A stretch of 64,000 nucleotides of DNA from Escherichia coli (GTDB lineage Bacteria > Pseudomonadota > Gammaproteobacteria > Enterobacterales > Enterobacteriaceae). Where the stretch lies: NCBI RefSeq assembly GCF_003018255.1, contig NZ_CP027440.1; one strand, given 5' to 3'. The notes beneath the pieces were generated by a model. It was not told where the DNA came from. It ran no database searches and was given only the letters and a program-made list of their open reading frames with translations. Positions within the stretch are counted from its first letter, which is position 1, and each line of letters begins with the position of its first letter. The translations under genes and the position numbers were made by a program. Shown piece by piece: positions 46,263-56,898 of the stretch.

Positions 46263-46850
46263 ATGAATACTTTACGTATTGGCTTAGTTTCCATCTCTGA
46301 TCGCGCATCCAGCGGCGTTTATCAGGATAAAGGCATCCCTGCGCTGGAAGAATGGCTGACATCGGCGCTAACCACGCCGTTTGAACTGGAAACCCGCTTA
46401 ATCCCCGATGAGCAGGCGATCATCGAGCAAACGTTGTGTGAGCTGGTGGATGAAATGAGTTGCCATCTGGTGCTCACCACGGGCGGAACTGGCCCGGCGC
46501 GTCGTGACGTAACGCCCGATGCGACGCTGGCAGTAGCGGACCGCGAGATGCCTGGCTTTGGTGAACAGATGCGCCAGATCAGCCTGCATTTTGTACCAAC
46601 TGCGATCCTTTCGCGTCAGGTGGGCGTGATTCGCAAACAGGCGCTGATCCTTAACTTACCCGGTCAGCCGAAGTCGATTAAAGAGACGCTGGAAGGCGTG
46701 AAGGACGCTGCGGGTAACGTTGTGGTGCATGGTATTTTTGCCAGCGTACCGTACTGCATTCAGTTGCTGGAAGGGCCATACATTGAAACGGCACCGGAAG
46801 TGGTTGCAGCATTCAGACCGAAGAGTGCAAGACGCGACGTTAGCGAATAA
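46263..46850 (+). CDS. mog: Molybdopterin adenylyltransferase Mog
   Basis: 195-aa product from MNTLRIGLVSISDRA...; GGTG motif. Confidence 0.9.
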   Translation: MNTLRIGLVSISDRASSGVYQDKGIPALEEWLTSALTTPFELETRLIPDEQAIIEQTLCELVDEMSCHLVLTTGGTGPARRDVTPDATLAVADREMPGFGEQMRQISLHFVPTAILSRQVGVIRKQALILNLPGQPKSIKETLEGVKDAAGNVVVHGIFASVPYCIQLLEGPYIETAPEVVAAFRPKSARRDVSE

Positions 46851-46877
46851 AAAAATCCCCCCGAGCGGGGGGATCTC
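46849..46877. terminator. Bidirectional terminator between mog and satP
   Basis: aaaaaaatccccccgagcgggggga hairpin flanked by A-run. Confidence 0.7.
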
Positions 46878-46884
46878 AAAACAA

Positions 46885-47451
46885 TTAATGGGATTCACCA
46901 ATCGGCAGAACGGTGCGACCAAACTGCTCGTTCAGTACTTCACCCATCGCCAGATAGATTGCGCTGGCACCGCAGATCAGACCAATCCAGCCGGCAAAGT
47001 GGATGATTGCGGCGTTACCGGCAATGTTACCGATCGCCAGCAGGGCAAACAGCACGGTCAGGCTAAAGAAAACGAATTGCAGAACGCGTGCGCCTTTCAG
47101 CGTGCCGAAGAACATAAACAGCGTAAATACGCCCCACAGACCCAGGTAGACACCAAGGAACTGTGCATTTGGCGCATCGGTCAGACCCAGTTTCGGCATC
47201 AGCAGAATCGCAACCAGCGTCAGCCAGAAAGAACCGTAAGAGGTGAATGCGGTTAAACCGAAAGTGTTGCCTTTTTTGTACTCCAGCAGACCAGCAAAAA
47301 TTTGCGCGATGCCGCCGTAGAAAATGCCCATGGCAAGAATAATACCGTCCAGAGCAAAATAACCCACGTTGTGCAGGTTAAGCAGAATGGTGGTCATGCC
47401 GAAGCCCATCAGGCCCAGCGGTGCCGGATTAGCCAACTTAGTGTTGCCCAT
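46885..47451 (-). CDS. satP: Succinate-acetate/proton symporter SatP (YaaH)
   Basis: 188-aa membrane ORF with NPAPLGL motif. Confidence 0.88.
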   Translation of the reverse strand: MGNTKLANPAPLGLMGFGMTTILLNLHNVGYFALDGIILAMGIFYGGIAQIFAGLLEYKKGNTFGLTAFTSYGSFWLTLVAILLMPKLGLTDAPNAQFLGVYLGLWGVFTLFMFFGTLKGARVLQFVFFSLTVLFALLAIGNIAGNAAIIHFAGWIGLICGASAIYLAMGEVLNEQFGRTVLPIGESH

Positions 47452-47599
47452 AATTCCTCAAAAATCATCATCGAATGAATGGTGAAATAATTTCCCTGAA
47501 TAACTGTAGTGTTTTCAGGGCGCGGCATAATAATCAGCCAGTGGGGCAGTGTCTACGATCTTTTGAGGGGAAAATGAAAATTTTCCCCGGTTTCCGGTA

Positions 47600-48313
47600 T
47601 CAGACCTGAGTGGCACTAACCATCCGGCGCAGGCAGGCGATTTGCAGTACGGCTGGAATTGTCACGCGATAGGCACTGCCGCTGACCGCTTTAACCCCAT
47701 TTAGTGCCGCGCCTACAGGGCCTCCCAGCCCCGCGCCGCGAAGCAAACCATGCCCAAGTACGCTCATTGCTGCGTGGGTGCGTAAAATGCGGGTCAATTG
47801 GCTGGAAAGCAAATGCGACACGCCTTTTGCCAATAATTTGTCTTTCATCAGCAGCGGCAGCAGCTCTTCCAGCTCATTCACCCTGGCATCGACCGCGTGC
47901 AGAAACTCCTGCTTATGTTCCTCGTCCATTTTCTTCCAGGTATTACGCAGAAATTGTTCCAGTAACTGTTGCTCAATTTCAAACGTAGACATCTCTTTGT
48001 CGGCTTTCAGCTTCAATCGTTTTGAAACATCGAGCAAAATGGCCCGATACAATTTACCGTGTCCGCGCAGTTTGTTGGCGATACTATCGCCACCAAAATG
48101 TTGTAATTCTCCGGCAATCAGCTGCCAGTTGCGGCGGTGTTGCTCGGGATGTCCTTCCATCGATTTAAACAGTTCGTTGCGCATCAGTACGCTGGAGAGG
48201 CGAGTTTTGCCTTTTTCATTATGGGTGAGCAGCCGGGCGAAATTTGCCAGTTGTTCCTCACTACAATGCTGGAGAAAATCCAGATCTGAATCATTCAGGT
48301 AATTAACATTCAT
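47600..48313 (-). CDS. yaaW: UPF0174 family protein YaaW
   Basis: 237-aa ORF; synteny. Confidence 0.8.
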   Translation of the reverse strand: MNVNYLNDSDLDFLQHCSEEQLANFARLLTHNEKGKTRLSSVLMRNELFKSMEGHPEQHRRNWQLIAGELQHFGGDSIANKLRGHGKLYRAILLDVSKRLKLKADKEMSTFEIEQQLLEQFLRNTWKKMDEEHKQEFLHAVDARVNELEELLPLLMKDKLLAKGVSHLLSSQLTRILRTHAAMSVLGHGLLRGAGLGGPVGAALNGVKAVSGSAYRVTIPAVLQIACLRRMVSATQV

Positions 48314-48338
48314 TTTTTGTGGCTTCTATATTCTGGCG

Positions 48339-48743
48339 TTAGTCGTCGCCGATAATTTTCAGCGTGGCCATATCCGATGAGTTCACCGTATGACCAGAAA
48401 AGGTGATTTTTGAGACGCAGCGTTTATTGTCGTTATCGCTGTTAATGTTGATCCAGTCAGTGGTTTGCCCTTCTTTTATTTCTGAAGGAATATTCAGGGT
48501 CTGACTGGCGCTACGGGCGGCTTTGAAATAAACCGATGCACCGCTTAACTGTAAATCGCCATGGTCGGCTGAGAGTTGTATGCGTTTAACAATTCGGCAA
48601 ACAGGAAGTTTCAGCGCCAGATCGTTGGTTTCGTTACGTGGCATTGCAATGACGCCGAGGATTTTATGGTCGTTTGCCTGCGCCGTGCAGCACAGCAGCA
48701 GGCTAATCGCCAGGCTGGCGGAAAGCGTAAAAACGGATTTCAT
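48339..48743 (-). CDS. yaaI: DUF2541 periplasmic protein YaaI
   Basis: 134-aa product from [23 protein letters not shown] (signal peptide). Confidence 0.7.
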   Translation of the reverse strand: MKSVFTLSASLAISLLLCCTAQANDHKILGVIAMPRNETNDLALKLPVCRIVKRIQLSADHGDLQLSGASVYFKAARSASQTLNIPSEIKEGQTTDWININSDNDNKRCVSKITFSGHTVNSSDMATLKIIGDD

Positions 48744-48964
48744 AAGGATTCTCTTAGTGGGGAGAGGTAGGGGATGAATACCCACTAGTTTACTGCTGAT
48801 AAAGAGAAGATTCAGGTACGTAATATTTTCTTTTTATTACAATTTTTCTATGAATGTCTTGTCTGCTATTCATTCTCTATATGAATAAAATTGCTGTCAG
48901 TTTCATGTCTTGTTCTGGCATATCGCGAAATTTCTGCGCAAAAGCACAAAAAATTTTTGCATCT

Positions 48965-48996
48965 CCCCCTTGATGACGTGGGTTACGACCCCATTT
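48965..48996 (+). promoter_or_regulatory. dnaK P1 heat-shock (sigma-32) promoter
   Basis: -35 cccttgatg and -10 ccccatttag match the sigma-32 consensus CTTGAAA / CCCCATnT with appropriate spacing. Confidence 0.65.
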
Positions 48997-49044
48997 AGTA
49001 GTCAACCGCAGTGAGTGAGTCTGCAAAAAAATGAAATTGGGCAG

Positions 49045-49071
49045 TTGAAACCAGACGTTTCGCCCCTATTA
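49045..49071 (+). promoter_or_regulatory. dnaK P2 heat-shock (sigma-32) promoter
   Basis: -35 ttgaaa and -10 cccctatta. Confidence 0.6.
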
Positions 49072-49118
49072 CAGACTCACAACCACATGATGACCGAATA
49101 TATAGTGGAGACGTTTAG

Positions 49119-51035
49119 ATGGGTAAAATAATTGGTATCGACCTGGGTACTACCAACTCTTGTGTAGCGATTATGGATGGCACCACTCCTCGTGTACTGG
49201 AGAACGCCGAAGGCGATCGCACCACGCCTTCTATCATTGCCTATACCCAGGATGGTGAAACTCTGGTTGGTCAGCCGGCTAAACGTCAGGCAGTGACGAA
49301 CCCGCAAAACACCCTGTTTGCGATTAAACGCCTGATTGGCCGCCGCTTCCAGGACGAAGAAGTACAGCGTGATGTTTCCATCATGCCGTTCAAAATTATT
49401 GCTGCTGATAACGGCGACGCATGGGTCGAAGTTAAAGGCCAGAAAATGGCACCGCCGCAGATCTCTGCTGAAGTGCTGAAAAAAATGAAGAAAACCGCTG
49501 AAGATTACCTGGGTGAACCGGTAACTGAAGCTGTTATCACCGTACCGGCATACTTTAACGATGCTCAGCGTCAGGCAACCAAAGACGCAGGCCGTATCGC
49601 TGGTCTGGAAGTAAAACGTATCATCAACGAACCGACCGCAGCTGCGCTGGCTTACGGTCTGGACAAAGGTACTGGCAACCGTACTATCGCGGTTTATGAC
49701 CTGGGTGGTGGTACTTTCGATATTTCTATTATCGAAATCGACGAAGTTGACGGCGAAAAAACCTTCGAAGTTCTGGCAACCAACGGTGATACCCACCTGG
49801 GTGGTGAAGACTTCGACAGCCGTCTGATCAACTACCTGGTTGAAGAATTCAAGAAAGATCAGGGCATTGACCTGCGCAACGATCCGCTGGCAATGCAGCG
49901 CCTGAAAGAAGCGGCAGAAAAAGCGAAAATCGAACTGTCTTCCGCTCAGCAGACCGACGTTAACCTGCCGTACATCACTGCAGACGCGACCGGTCCGAAA
50001 CACATGAACATCAAAGTGACTCGTGCGAAACTGGAAAGCCTGGTTGAAGATCTGGTAAACCGTTCCATTGAGCCGCTGAAAGTTGCACTGCAGGACGCTG
50101 GCCTGTCCGTATCTGATATCGACGACGTTATCCTCGTTGGTGGTCAGACTCGTATGCCAATGGTTCAGAAGAAAGTTGCTGAGTTCTTTGGTAAAGAGCC
50201 GCGTAAAGACGTTAACCCGGACGAAGCTGTAGCAATCGGTGCTGCTGTTCAGGGTGGTGTTCTGACTGGTGACGTAAAAGACGTACTGCTGCTGGACGTT
50301 ACCCCGCTGTCTCTGGGTATCGAAACCATGGGCGGTGTGATGACGACGCTGATCGCGAAAAACACCACTATCCCGACCAAGCACAGCCAGGTGTTCTCTA
50401 CCGCTGAAGACAACCAGTCTGCGGTAACCATCCATGTGCTGCAGGGTGAACGTAAACGTGCAGCTGATAACAAATCTCTGGGTCAGTTCAACCTGGATGG
50501 TATCAACCCGGCACCGCGCGGCATGCCGCAGATCGAAGTTACCTTCGATATCGATGCTGACGGTATCCTGCACGTTTCCGCGAAAGATAAAAACAGCGGT
50601 AAAGAGCAGAAGATCACCATCAAGGCTTCTTCTGGTCTGAACGAAGATGAAATCCAGAAAATGGTACGCGACGCAGAAGCTAACGCCGAAGCTGACCGTA
50701 AGTTTGAAGAGCTGGTACAGACTCGCAACCAGGGCGACCATCTGCTGCACAGCACCCGTAAGCAGGTTGAAGAAGTGGGCGACAAACTGCCGGCTGACGA
50801 CAAAACTGCTATCGAGTCTGCACTGACTGCACTGGAAACTGCTCTGAAAGGTGAAGACAAAGCCGCTATCGAAGCGAAAATGCAGGAACTGGCACAGGTT
50901 TCCCAGAAACTGATGGAAATCGCCCAGCAGCAACATGCCCAGCAGCAGACTGCCGGTGCTGATGCTTCTGCAAACAACGCGAAAGATGACGATGTTGTCG
51001 ACGCTGAATTTGAAGAAGTCAAAGACAAAAAATAA
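49119..51035 (+). CDS. dnaK: Molecular chaperone DnaK (Hsp70)
   Basis: 638-aa ORF, Hsp70 signatures IDLGTTNS and DLGGGTFD. Confidence 0.97.
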   Translation: MGKIIGIDLGTTNSCVAIMDGTTPRVLENAEGDRTTPSIIAYTQDGETLVGQPAKRQAVTNPQNTLFAIKRLIGRRFQDEEVQRDVSIMPFKIIAADNGDAWVEVKGQKMAPPQISAEVLKKMKKTAEDYLGEPVTEAVITVPAYFNDAQRQATKDAGRIAGLEVKRIINEPTAAALAYGLDKGTGNRTIAVYDLGGGTFDISIIEIDEVDGEKTFEVLATNGDTHLGGEDFDSRLINYLVEEFKKDQGIDLRNDPLAMQRLKEAAEKAKIELSSAQQTDVNLPYITADATGPKHMNIKVTRAKLESLVEDLVNRSIEPLKVALQDAGLSVSDIDDVILVGGQTRMPMVQKKVAEFFGKEPRKDVNPDEAVAIGAAVQGGVLTGDVKDVLLLDVTPLSLGIETMGGVMTTLIAKNTTIPTKHSQVFSTAEDNQSAVTIHVLQGERKRAADNKSLGQFNLDGINPAPRGMPQIEVTFDIDADGILHVSAKDKNSGKEQKITIKASSGLNEDEIQKMVRDAEANAEADRKFEELVQTRNQGDHLLHSTRKQVEEVGDKLPADDKTAIESALTALETALKGEDKAAIEAKMQELAQVSQKLMEIAQQQHAQQQTAGADASANNAKDDDVVDAEFEEVKDKK

Positions 51036-51123
51036 TCGCCCTATAAACGGGTAATTATACTGACACGGGCGAAGGGGAATTTCCTCTCCGCCCGTGCATT
51101 CATCTAGGGGCAATTTAAAAAAG
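51036..51123 (+). ncRNA. tpke11: Possible tpke11 small RNA (dnaK-dnaJ intergenic region)
   Basis: Positional analogy only: K-12 annotates a small RNA filling the dnaK-dnaJ spacer; region contains a hairpin cgggcgaaggggaatttcctctccgcccg. Confidence 0.3.
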
Positions 51124-52254
51124 ATGGCTAAGCAAGATTATTACGAGATTTTAGGCGTTTCCAAAACAGCGGAAGAGCGTGAAATCAAAAAGGCCTACAA
51201 ACGCCTGGCCATGAAATACCACCCGGACCGTAACCAGGGTGACAAAGAGGCCGAGGCGAAATTTAAAGAGATCAAGGAAGCTTATGAAGTTCTGACCGAC
51301 TCGCAAAAACGTGCGGCATACGATCAGTATGGTCATGCTGCGTTTGAGCAAGGTGGCATGGGAGGCGGCGGTTTCGGCGGCGGCGCAGACTTCAGCGATA
51401 TTTTTGGTGACGTTTTCGGCGATATTTTTGGCGGCGGACGTGGTCGTCAACGTGCGGCGCGCGGTGCTGATTTACGCTATAACATGGAGCTCACCCTCGA
51501 AGAAGCTGTACGTGGCGTGACCAAAGAGATCCGCATTCCGACTCTGGAAGAGTGTGACGTTTGCCACGGTAGCGGTGCAAAACCAGGTACACAGCCGCAG
51601 ACCTGTCCGACCTGTCATGGTTCTGGTCAGGTGCAGATGCGCCAGGGTTTCTTTGCCGTGCAGCAGACCTGTCCACACTGTCAGGGCCGCGGTACGCTGA
51701 TCAAAGATCCGTGCAACAAATGTCATGGTCATGGTCGTGTTGAGCGCAGCAAAACGCTGTCCGTTAAAATCCCGGCAGGGGTGGACACTGGAGACCGCAT
51801 CCGTCTTGCGGGCGAAGGTGAAGCGGGCGAGCATGGCGCACCGGCAGGCGATCTGTACGTTCAGGTTCAGGTTAAACAGCACCCGATTTTCGAGCGTGAA
51901 GGCAACAACCTCTATTGCGAAGTCCCGATCAACTTCGCTATGGCGGCGCTGGGTGGCGAAATCGAAGTACCGACCCTTGATGGTCGCGTCAAACTGAAAG
52001 TGCCTGGCGAAACCCAGACCGGTAAGCTGTTCCGTATGCGCGGTAAAGGCGTCAAGTCTGTCCGCGGTGGCGCACAGGGTGATTTGCTGTGCCGCGTTGT
52101 CGTCGAAACACCGGTAGGCCTGAACGAGAAGCAGAAACAGCTGCTGCAAGAGCTGCAAGAAAGCTTCGGTGGCCCAACCGGCGAGCACAACAGCCCGCGC
52201 TCAAAGAGCTTCTTTGATGGTGTGAAGAAGTTTTTTGACGACCTGACCCGCTAA
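51124..52254 (+). CDS. dnaJ: Co-chaperone DnaJ (Hsp40)
   Basis: 376-aa product; J-domain HPD motif, Gly/Phe-rich region, four CxxCxGxG zinc-finger repeats. Confidence 0.95.
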
Positions 52255-52265
52255 TCTCCCCAAAA

Positions 52266-52289
52266 GCCTGCCCGTGGGCAGGCCTGGGT
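52266..52289 (+). terminator. Putative terminator after dnaJ
   Basis: gcctgcccgtgggcaggc hairpin just after the stop. Confidence 0.55.
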
Positions 52290-52357
52290 AAAAATAGGGT
52301 GCGTTGAAGATATGCGAGCACCTGAAAAGTGGCGGGGATCACTCCCCGCCGTTGCTC

Positions 52358-52510
52358 TTACTCGGATTCGTAAGCCGTGAAAACAGCAACCTCCGTCTGG
52401 CCAGTTCGGATGTGAACCTCACAGAGGTCTTTTCTCGTTACCAGCGCCGCCACTACGGCGGTGATACAGATGACGATCAGGGCGACAATCATCGCCTTAG
52501 GCTGCTTCAT
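52358..52510 (-). CDS. hokC: Type I toxin HokC (Gef), Hok/Gef family membrane toxin
   Basis: 50-aa ORF MKQPKAMIVALIVICITAVVAALVTRKDLCEVHIRTGQTEVAVFTAYESE. Confidence 0.85.
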   Translation of the reverse strand: MKQPKAMIVALIVICITAVVAALVTRKDLCEVHIRTGQTEVAVFTAYESE

Positions 52511-52567
52511 TGCTCTCTTCTCCTTGACCTTACGGTCAGTAAGAGGCACTCTACATGTGTTCTGCAT
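52358..52567 (-). CDS. mokC: Overlapping regulatory ORF MokC (same frame as hokC, N-terminally extended)
   Basis: 69-codon in-frame extension upstream of hokC, as in hok/mok/sok loci. Confidence 0.6.
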   Translation of the reverse strand: MQNTCRVPLTDRKVKEKRAMKQPKAMIVALIVICITAVVAALVTRKDLCEVHIRTGQTEVAVFTAYESE

Positions 52568-52613
52568 ATAGGGGGCCTCGGGTTGATAGTAAAATATCAC
52601 TCGGGGCTTTTCT
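52559..52613 (+). ncRNA. sokC: Possible SokC antisense RNA (antitoxin of hokC)
   Basis: Positional inference from the K-12 arrangement, where sokC overlaps the mokC start in antisense; no independent sequence signal checked. Confidence 0.3.
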
Positions 52614-53095
52614 CTATCTGCCGTTCAGCTAATGCCTGAGACAGACAGCCTCAAGCACCCGCCGCTATTATATCGCTCTCTTTAACCCATTCTGTTTTAT
52701 CGATTCTAATCCTGAAGACGCCTCGCATTTTTATGGCGTAATTTTTTAATGATTTAATTATTTAACTTTAATTTATCTCTTCATCGCAATTATTGACGAC
52801 AAACTGGATTATTTTTGAAGTATTGGCCTAACAAACATCGCCGACTGACAACAAATTAATTATTACTTTTCCTAATTAATCCCTCAGAAATCCTGACCTT
52901 AAGCTATGATTATCAGGGCTTAGGGTCACACGTCAGCGCTTACAGCCGTCAAAAACTCATCTCATCACTGATGACGCAAATCCTTCAATGCCTCGTAAAA
53001 AGCGAATTATTCCTACACTATAATCTGATTTTAACGATGATTCGTGCGGGGTAAGATAGTAAAAACGATCTATTCACCTGAAAGAGAAATAAAAA

Positions 53096-54262
53096 GTGAA
53101 ACATCTGCATCGATTCTTTAGCAGTGATGCCTCGGGAGGCATTATTCTTATCATTGCCGCTATCCTGGCGATGATTATGGCCAACAGCGGCGCAACCAGT
53201 GGATGGTATCACGACTTTCTGGAGACGCCGGTTCAGCTCCGGGTTGGTTCACTCGAAATCAACAAAAACATGCTGTTATGGATAAATGACGCGCTGATGG
53301 CGGTATTTTTCCTGTTAGTCGGTCTGGAAGTTAAACGTGAACTGATGCAAGGATCGCTAGCCAGCTTACGCCAGGCTGCATTTCCAGTTATCGCCGCTAT
53401 TGGTGGGATGATTGTGCCGGCATTACTCTATCTGGCCTTTAACCATGCCGATCCGATTACCCGCGAAGGGTGGGCGATCCCGGCGGCTACTGACATTGCT
53501 TTTGCACTTGGTGTGCTGGCGCTGTTGGGAAGTCGTGTTCCGTTAGCCCTGAAGATCTTTTTGATGGCTCTGGCTATTATCGACGATCTTGGGGCCATCA
53601 TTATCATCGCATTGTTCTACACTAATGACTTATCGATGGCCTCTCTTGGCGTCGCGGCTGTAGCAATTGCGGTACTCGCGGTATTGAATCTGTGTGGTGT
53701 ACGCCGCACGGGCGTCTATATTCTGGTTGGCGTGGTGTTGTGGACTGCGGTGTTGAAATCGGGGGTTCACGCAACCCTGGCGGGGGTAATTGTCGGCTTC
53801 TTTATTCCTTTGAAAGAGAAGCATGGGCGTTCTCCAGCGAAGCGACTGGAGCATGTGTTGCACCCGTGGGTGGCGTATCTGATTTTACCGCTGTTTGCAT
53901 TTGCTAATGCTGGCGTTTCACTGCAAGGCGTCACGCTGGATGGCTTGACCTCCATTCTGCCATTGGGGATCATCGCTGGCTTGCTGATTGGCAAACCGCT
54001 GGGGATTAGTCTGTTCTGCTGGTTGGCGCTGCGTTTGAAACTGGCGCATCTGCCTGAGGGAACGACTTATCAGCAAATTATGGCGGTGGGGATCCTGTGC
54101 GGTATCGGTTTTACTATGTCTATCTTTATTGCCAGCCTGGCCTTTGGTAGCGTAGATCCAGAACTGATTAACTGGGCGAAACTCGGTATCCTGGTCGGTT
54201 CTATCTCTTCGGCGGTAATTGGATACAGCTGGTTACGCGTTCGTTTGCGTCCATCAGTTTGA
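53096..54262 (+). CDS. nhaA: Na+/H+ antiporter NhaA
   Basis: 388-aa polytopic membrane ORF ([19 protein letters not shown]...). Confidence 0.93.
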   Translation: MKHLHRFFSSDASGGIILIIAAILAMIMANSGATSGWYHDFLETPVQLRVGSLEINKNMLLWINDALMAVFFLLVGLEVKRELMQGSLASLRQAAFPVIAAIGGMIVPALLYLAFNHADPITREGWAIPAATDIAFALGVLALLGSRVPLALKIFLMALAIIDDLGAIIIIALFYTNDLSMASLGVAAVAIAVLAVLNLCGVRRTGVYILVGVVLWTAVLKSGVHATLAGVIVGFFIPLKEKHGRSPAKRLEHVLHPWVAYLILPLFAFANAGVSLQGVTLDGLTSILPLGIIAGLLIGKPLGISLFCWLALRLKLAHLPEGTTYQQIMAVGILCGIGFTMSIFIASLAFGSVDPELINWAKLGILVGSISSAVIGYSWLRVRLRPSV

Positions 54263-54321
54263 CAGGACGGTTTACCGGGGAGCCATAAACGGCTCCCTTT
54301 TCATTGTTATCAGGGAGAGAA

Positions 54322-55227
54322 ATGAGCATGTCTCATATCAATTACAACCACTTGTATTACTTCTGGCATGTCTATAAAGAAGGTTCCGTGGTTGGCGCAG
54401 CGGAGGCGCTTTATTTAACACCACAAACCATTACCGGACAGATTCGGGCGCTGGAAGAGCGCCTGCAAGGCAAATTATTTAAGCGCAAGGGACGTGGCCT
54501 CGAGCCCAGCGAGCTGGGAGAGCTGGTCTATCGCTATGCCGATAAAATGTTCACCTTAAGCCAGGAAATGCTGGATATCGTCAACTATCGCAAAGAGTCC
54601 AACTTATTGTTTGATGTTGGTGTGGCAGATGCACTTTCCAAACGTCTGGTCAGCAGTGTTCTGGATGCCGCAGTTGTGGAAGACGAGCAGATCCATCTAC
54701 GCTGTTTCGAATCGACGCACGAGATGCTTTTAGAGCAGTTGAGTCAGCATAAACTGGATATGATCATCTCTGACTGTCCGATCGATTCCACTCAGCAGGA
54801 AGGGCTGTTTTCCATGAAAATTGGCGAATGTGGTGTCAGTTTCTGGTGCACTAACCCACTACCAGAAAAGCCGTTTCCTGCCTGTCTTGAAGAGCGTCGT
54901 TTACTTATTCCGGGGCGTCGCTCAATGTTGGGGCGTAAGCTATTAAACTGGTTTAACTCCCAGGGCTTGAACGTCGAAATTTTGGGTGAGTTTGATGATG
55001 CTGCGTTGATGAAAGCCTTTGGGGCGACGCATAACGCTATTTTCGTTGCACCTTCGCTTTACGCTAATGATTTCTATAACGATGACTCGGTTGTGGAGAT
55101 AGGCCGTGTTGAGAACGTGATGGAAGAGTACCACGCGATTTTTGCCGAAAGGATGATTCAGCACCCTGCAGTACAGCGTATCTGCAATACAGACTATTCT
55201 GCGCTGTTTACTCCAGCTTCAAAATAA
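54322..55227 (+). CDS. nhaR: LysR-family transcriptional activator NhaR
   Basis: 301-aa product from [41 protein letters not shown] (LysR HTH). Confidence 0.9.
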   Translation: MSMSHINYNHLYYFWHVYKEGSVVGAAEALYLTPQTITGQIRALEERLQGKLFKRKGRGLEPSELGELVYRYADKMFTLSQEMLDIVNYRKESNLLFDVGVADALSKRLVSSVLDAAVVEDEQIHLRCFESTHEMLLEQLSQHKLDMIISDCPIDSTQQEGLFSMKIGECGVSFWCTNPLPEKPFPACLEERRLLIPGRRSMLGRKLLNWFNSQGLNVEILGEFDDAALMKAFGATHNAIFVAPSLYANDFYNDDSVVEIGRVENVMEEYHAIFAERMIQHPAVQRICNTDYSALFTPASK

Positions 55228-55271
55228 ACATTTGTACTTTGCAGGCCGAATTTTGGCCTGCAGATGGATAT

Positions 55272-55299
55272 AAAAAAACCCGCCAGAGCGGGTTTTTTT
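55272..55299. terminator. Bidirectional terminator between nhaR and rpsT
   Basis: aaaaaaacccgccagagcgggttttttt: hairpin flanked by A- and T-runs. Confidence 0.8.
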
Positions 55300-55322
55300 A
55301 CAAAGCTGACAACAACAGGCAA

Positions 55323-55607
<285 letters not shown>

Positions 55608-55688
55608 CTATATGGACAATTCAAAGGCCGAGGAATATGCCCTTTTAGCCTTCTTTTGTCAATGGATTTGTGCAAATAAGCGCCGTTA

Positions 55689-55907
55689 ATGTGCCGGCAC
55701 TCGTTACGTAGTGATGGCGCAGGATTCTACCAGCTTGCGGGGTGTGAATACAGCTTTTCCGCGAGAAAAATTGCAGCAGGCGGTCAGTTTCTTCCCATGA
55801 TTTGCGCCATAGCAATGAAAAGCCACTTCTTTCTGATTTCGGTACTCAATCGCCGGTTAACCTTGACCGCTGTACAAGGTATACTCGGACGATTTTCACT
55901 GTTTTGA
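55689..55907 (+). CDS. yaaY: Uncharacterised small protein YaaY
   Basis: 72-aa ORF at the position K-12 annotates as yaaY between rpsT and ribF; no recognisable motif. Confidence 0.35.
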   Translation: MCRHSLRSDGAGFYQLAGCEYSFSARKIAAGGQFLPMICAIAMKSHFFLISVLNRRLTLTAVQGILGRFSLF

Positions 55908-55914
55908 GCCAGAC

Positions 55915-56856
55915 ATGAAGCTGATACGCGGCATACATAATCTCAGCCAGGCCCCGCAAGAAGGGTGTGTGCTGACTATTGGTAATTTCGACGGCGTGCA
56001 TCGCGGTCATCGCGCGCTGTTACAGGGCTTGCAGGAAGAAGGGCGCAAGCGCAACTTACCGGTGATGGTGATGCTTTTTGAACCTCAACCACTGGAACTG
56101 TTTGCTACTGATAAAGCCCCGGCACGGCTCACCCGGCTGCGGGAAAAACTGCGTTATCTTGCAGAGTGTGGTGTTGATTACGTGCTGTGCGTGCGTTTTG
56201 ACAGGCGTTTTGCGGCGTTAACCGCGCAAAACTTCATCAGTGATCTTCTGGTGAAGCACTTGCGGGTAAAATTTCTTGCCGTAGGTGACGATTTCCGCTT
56301 TGGCGCTGGTCGTGAAGGCGATTTCTTGTTATTACAGAAAGCGGGCATGGAATACGGCTTCGATATCACCAGCACGCAAACTTTTTGCGAAGGTGGCGTG
56401 CGTATCAGCAGCACCGCCGTGCGTCAGGCGCTTGCGGATGACAATCTGGCTCTGGCAGAAAGTTTACTGGGGCACCCGTTTGCTATCTCCGGGCGTGTAG
56501 TCCACGGTGATGAATTAGGGCGCACTATAGGTTTCCCGACGGCGAATGTACCGCTACGCCGTCAGGTTTCCCCGGTGAAAGGGGTTTATGCGGTAGAAGT
56601 GTTGGGCCTTGGCGAAAAGCCGTTACCCGGCGTTGCAAACATCGGAACACGCCCAACGGTTGCCGGTATTCGCCAGCAACTGGAAGTGCATTTGTTAGAT
56701 GTTGCAATGGACCTTTATGGTCGCCATATACAAGTAGTGCTGCGTAAAAAAATACGCAATGAGCAGCGATTTGCATCGCTGGACGAACTGAAAGCGCAGA
56801 TTGCGCGTGATGAATTAACCGCCCGCGAATTTTTTGGGCTAACAAAACCGGCTTAA
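55915..56856 (+). CDS. ribF: Bifunctional riboflavin kinase / FMN adenylyltransferase
   Basis: 313-aa ORF (MKLIRGIHNLSQAPQEGCVLTIGNFDGVHRGH...). Confidence 0.93.
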   Translation: MKLIRGIHNLSQAPQEGCVLTIGNFDGVHRGHRALLQGLQEEGRKRNLPVMVMLFEPQPLELFATDKAPARLTRLREKLRYLAECGVDYVLCVRFDRRFAALTAQNFISDLLVKHLRVKFLAVGDDFRFGAGREGDFLLLQKAGMEYGFDITSTQTFCEGGVRISSTAVRQALADDNLALAESLLGHPFAISGRVVHGDELGRTIGFPTANVPLRRQVSPVKGVYAVEVLGLGEKPLPGVANIGTRPTVAGIRQQLEVHLLDVAMDLYGRHIQVVLRKKIRNEQRFASLDELKAQIARDELTAREFFGLTKPA

Positions 56857-56898
56857 GCCTGTTATGTAATCAAACCGAAATACGGAACCGAGAATCTG

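Noticed and set aside
49077-51113. 678-aa ORF on the minus strand
   Set aside because: Entirely antisense to dnaK. Long shadow ORFs are expected opposite highly expressed, codon-biased genes; no RBS or motif seen.
52304-52639. 111-aa ORF on the plus strand
   Set aside because: Antisense to hokC/mokC; this strand is more plausibly the SokC antisense RNA than a protein.
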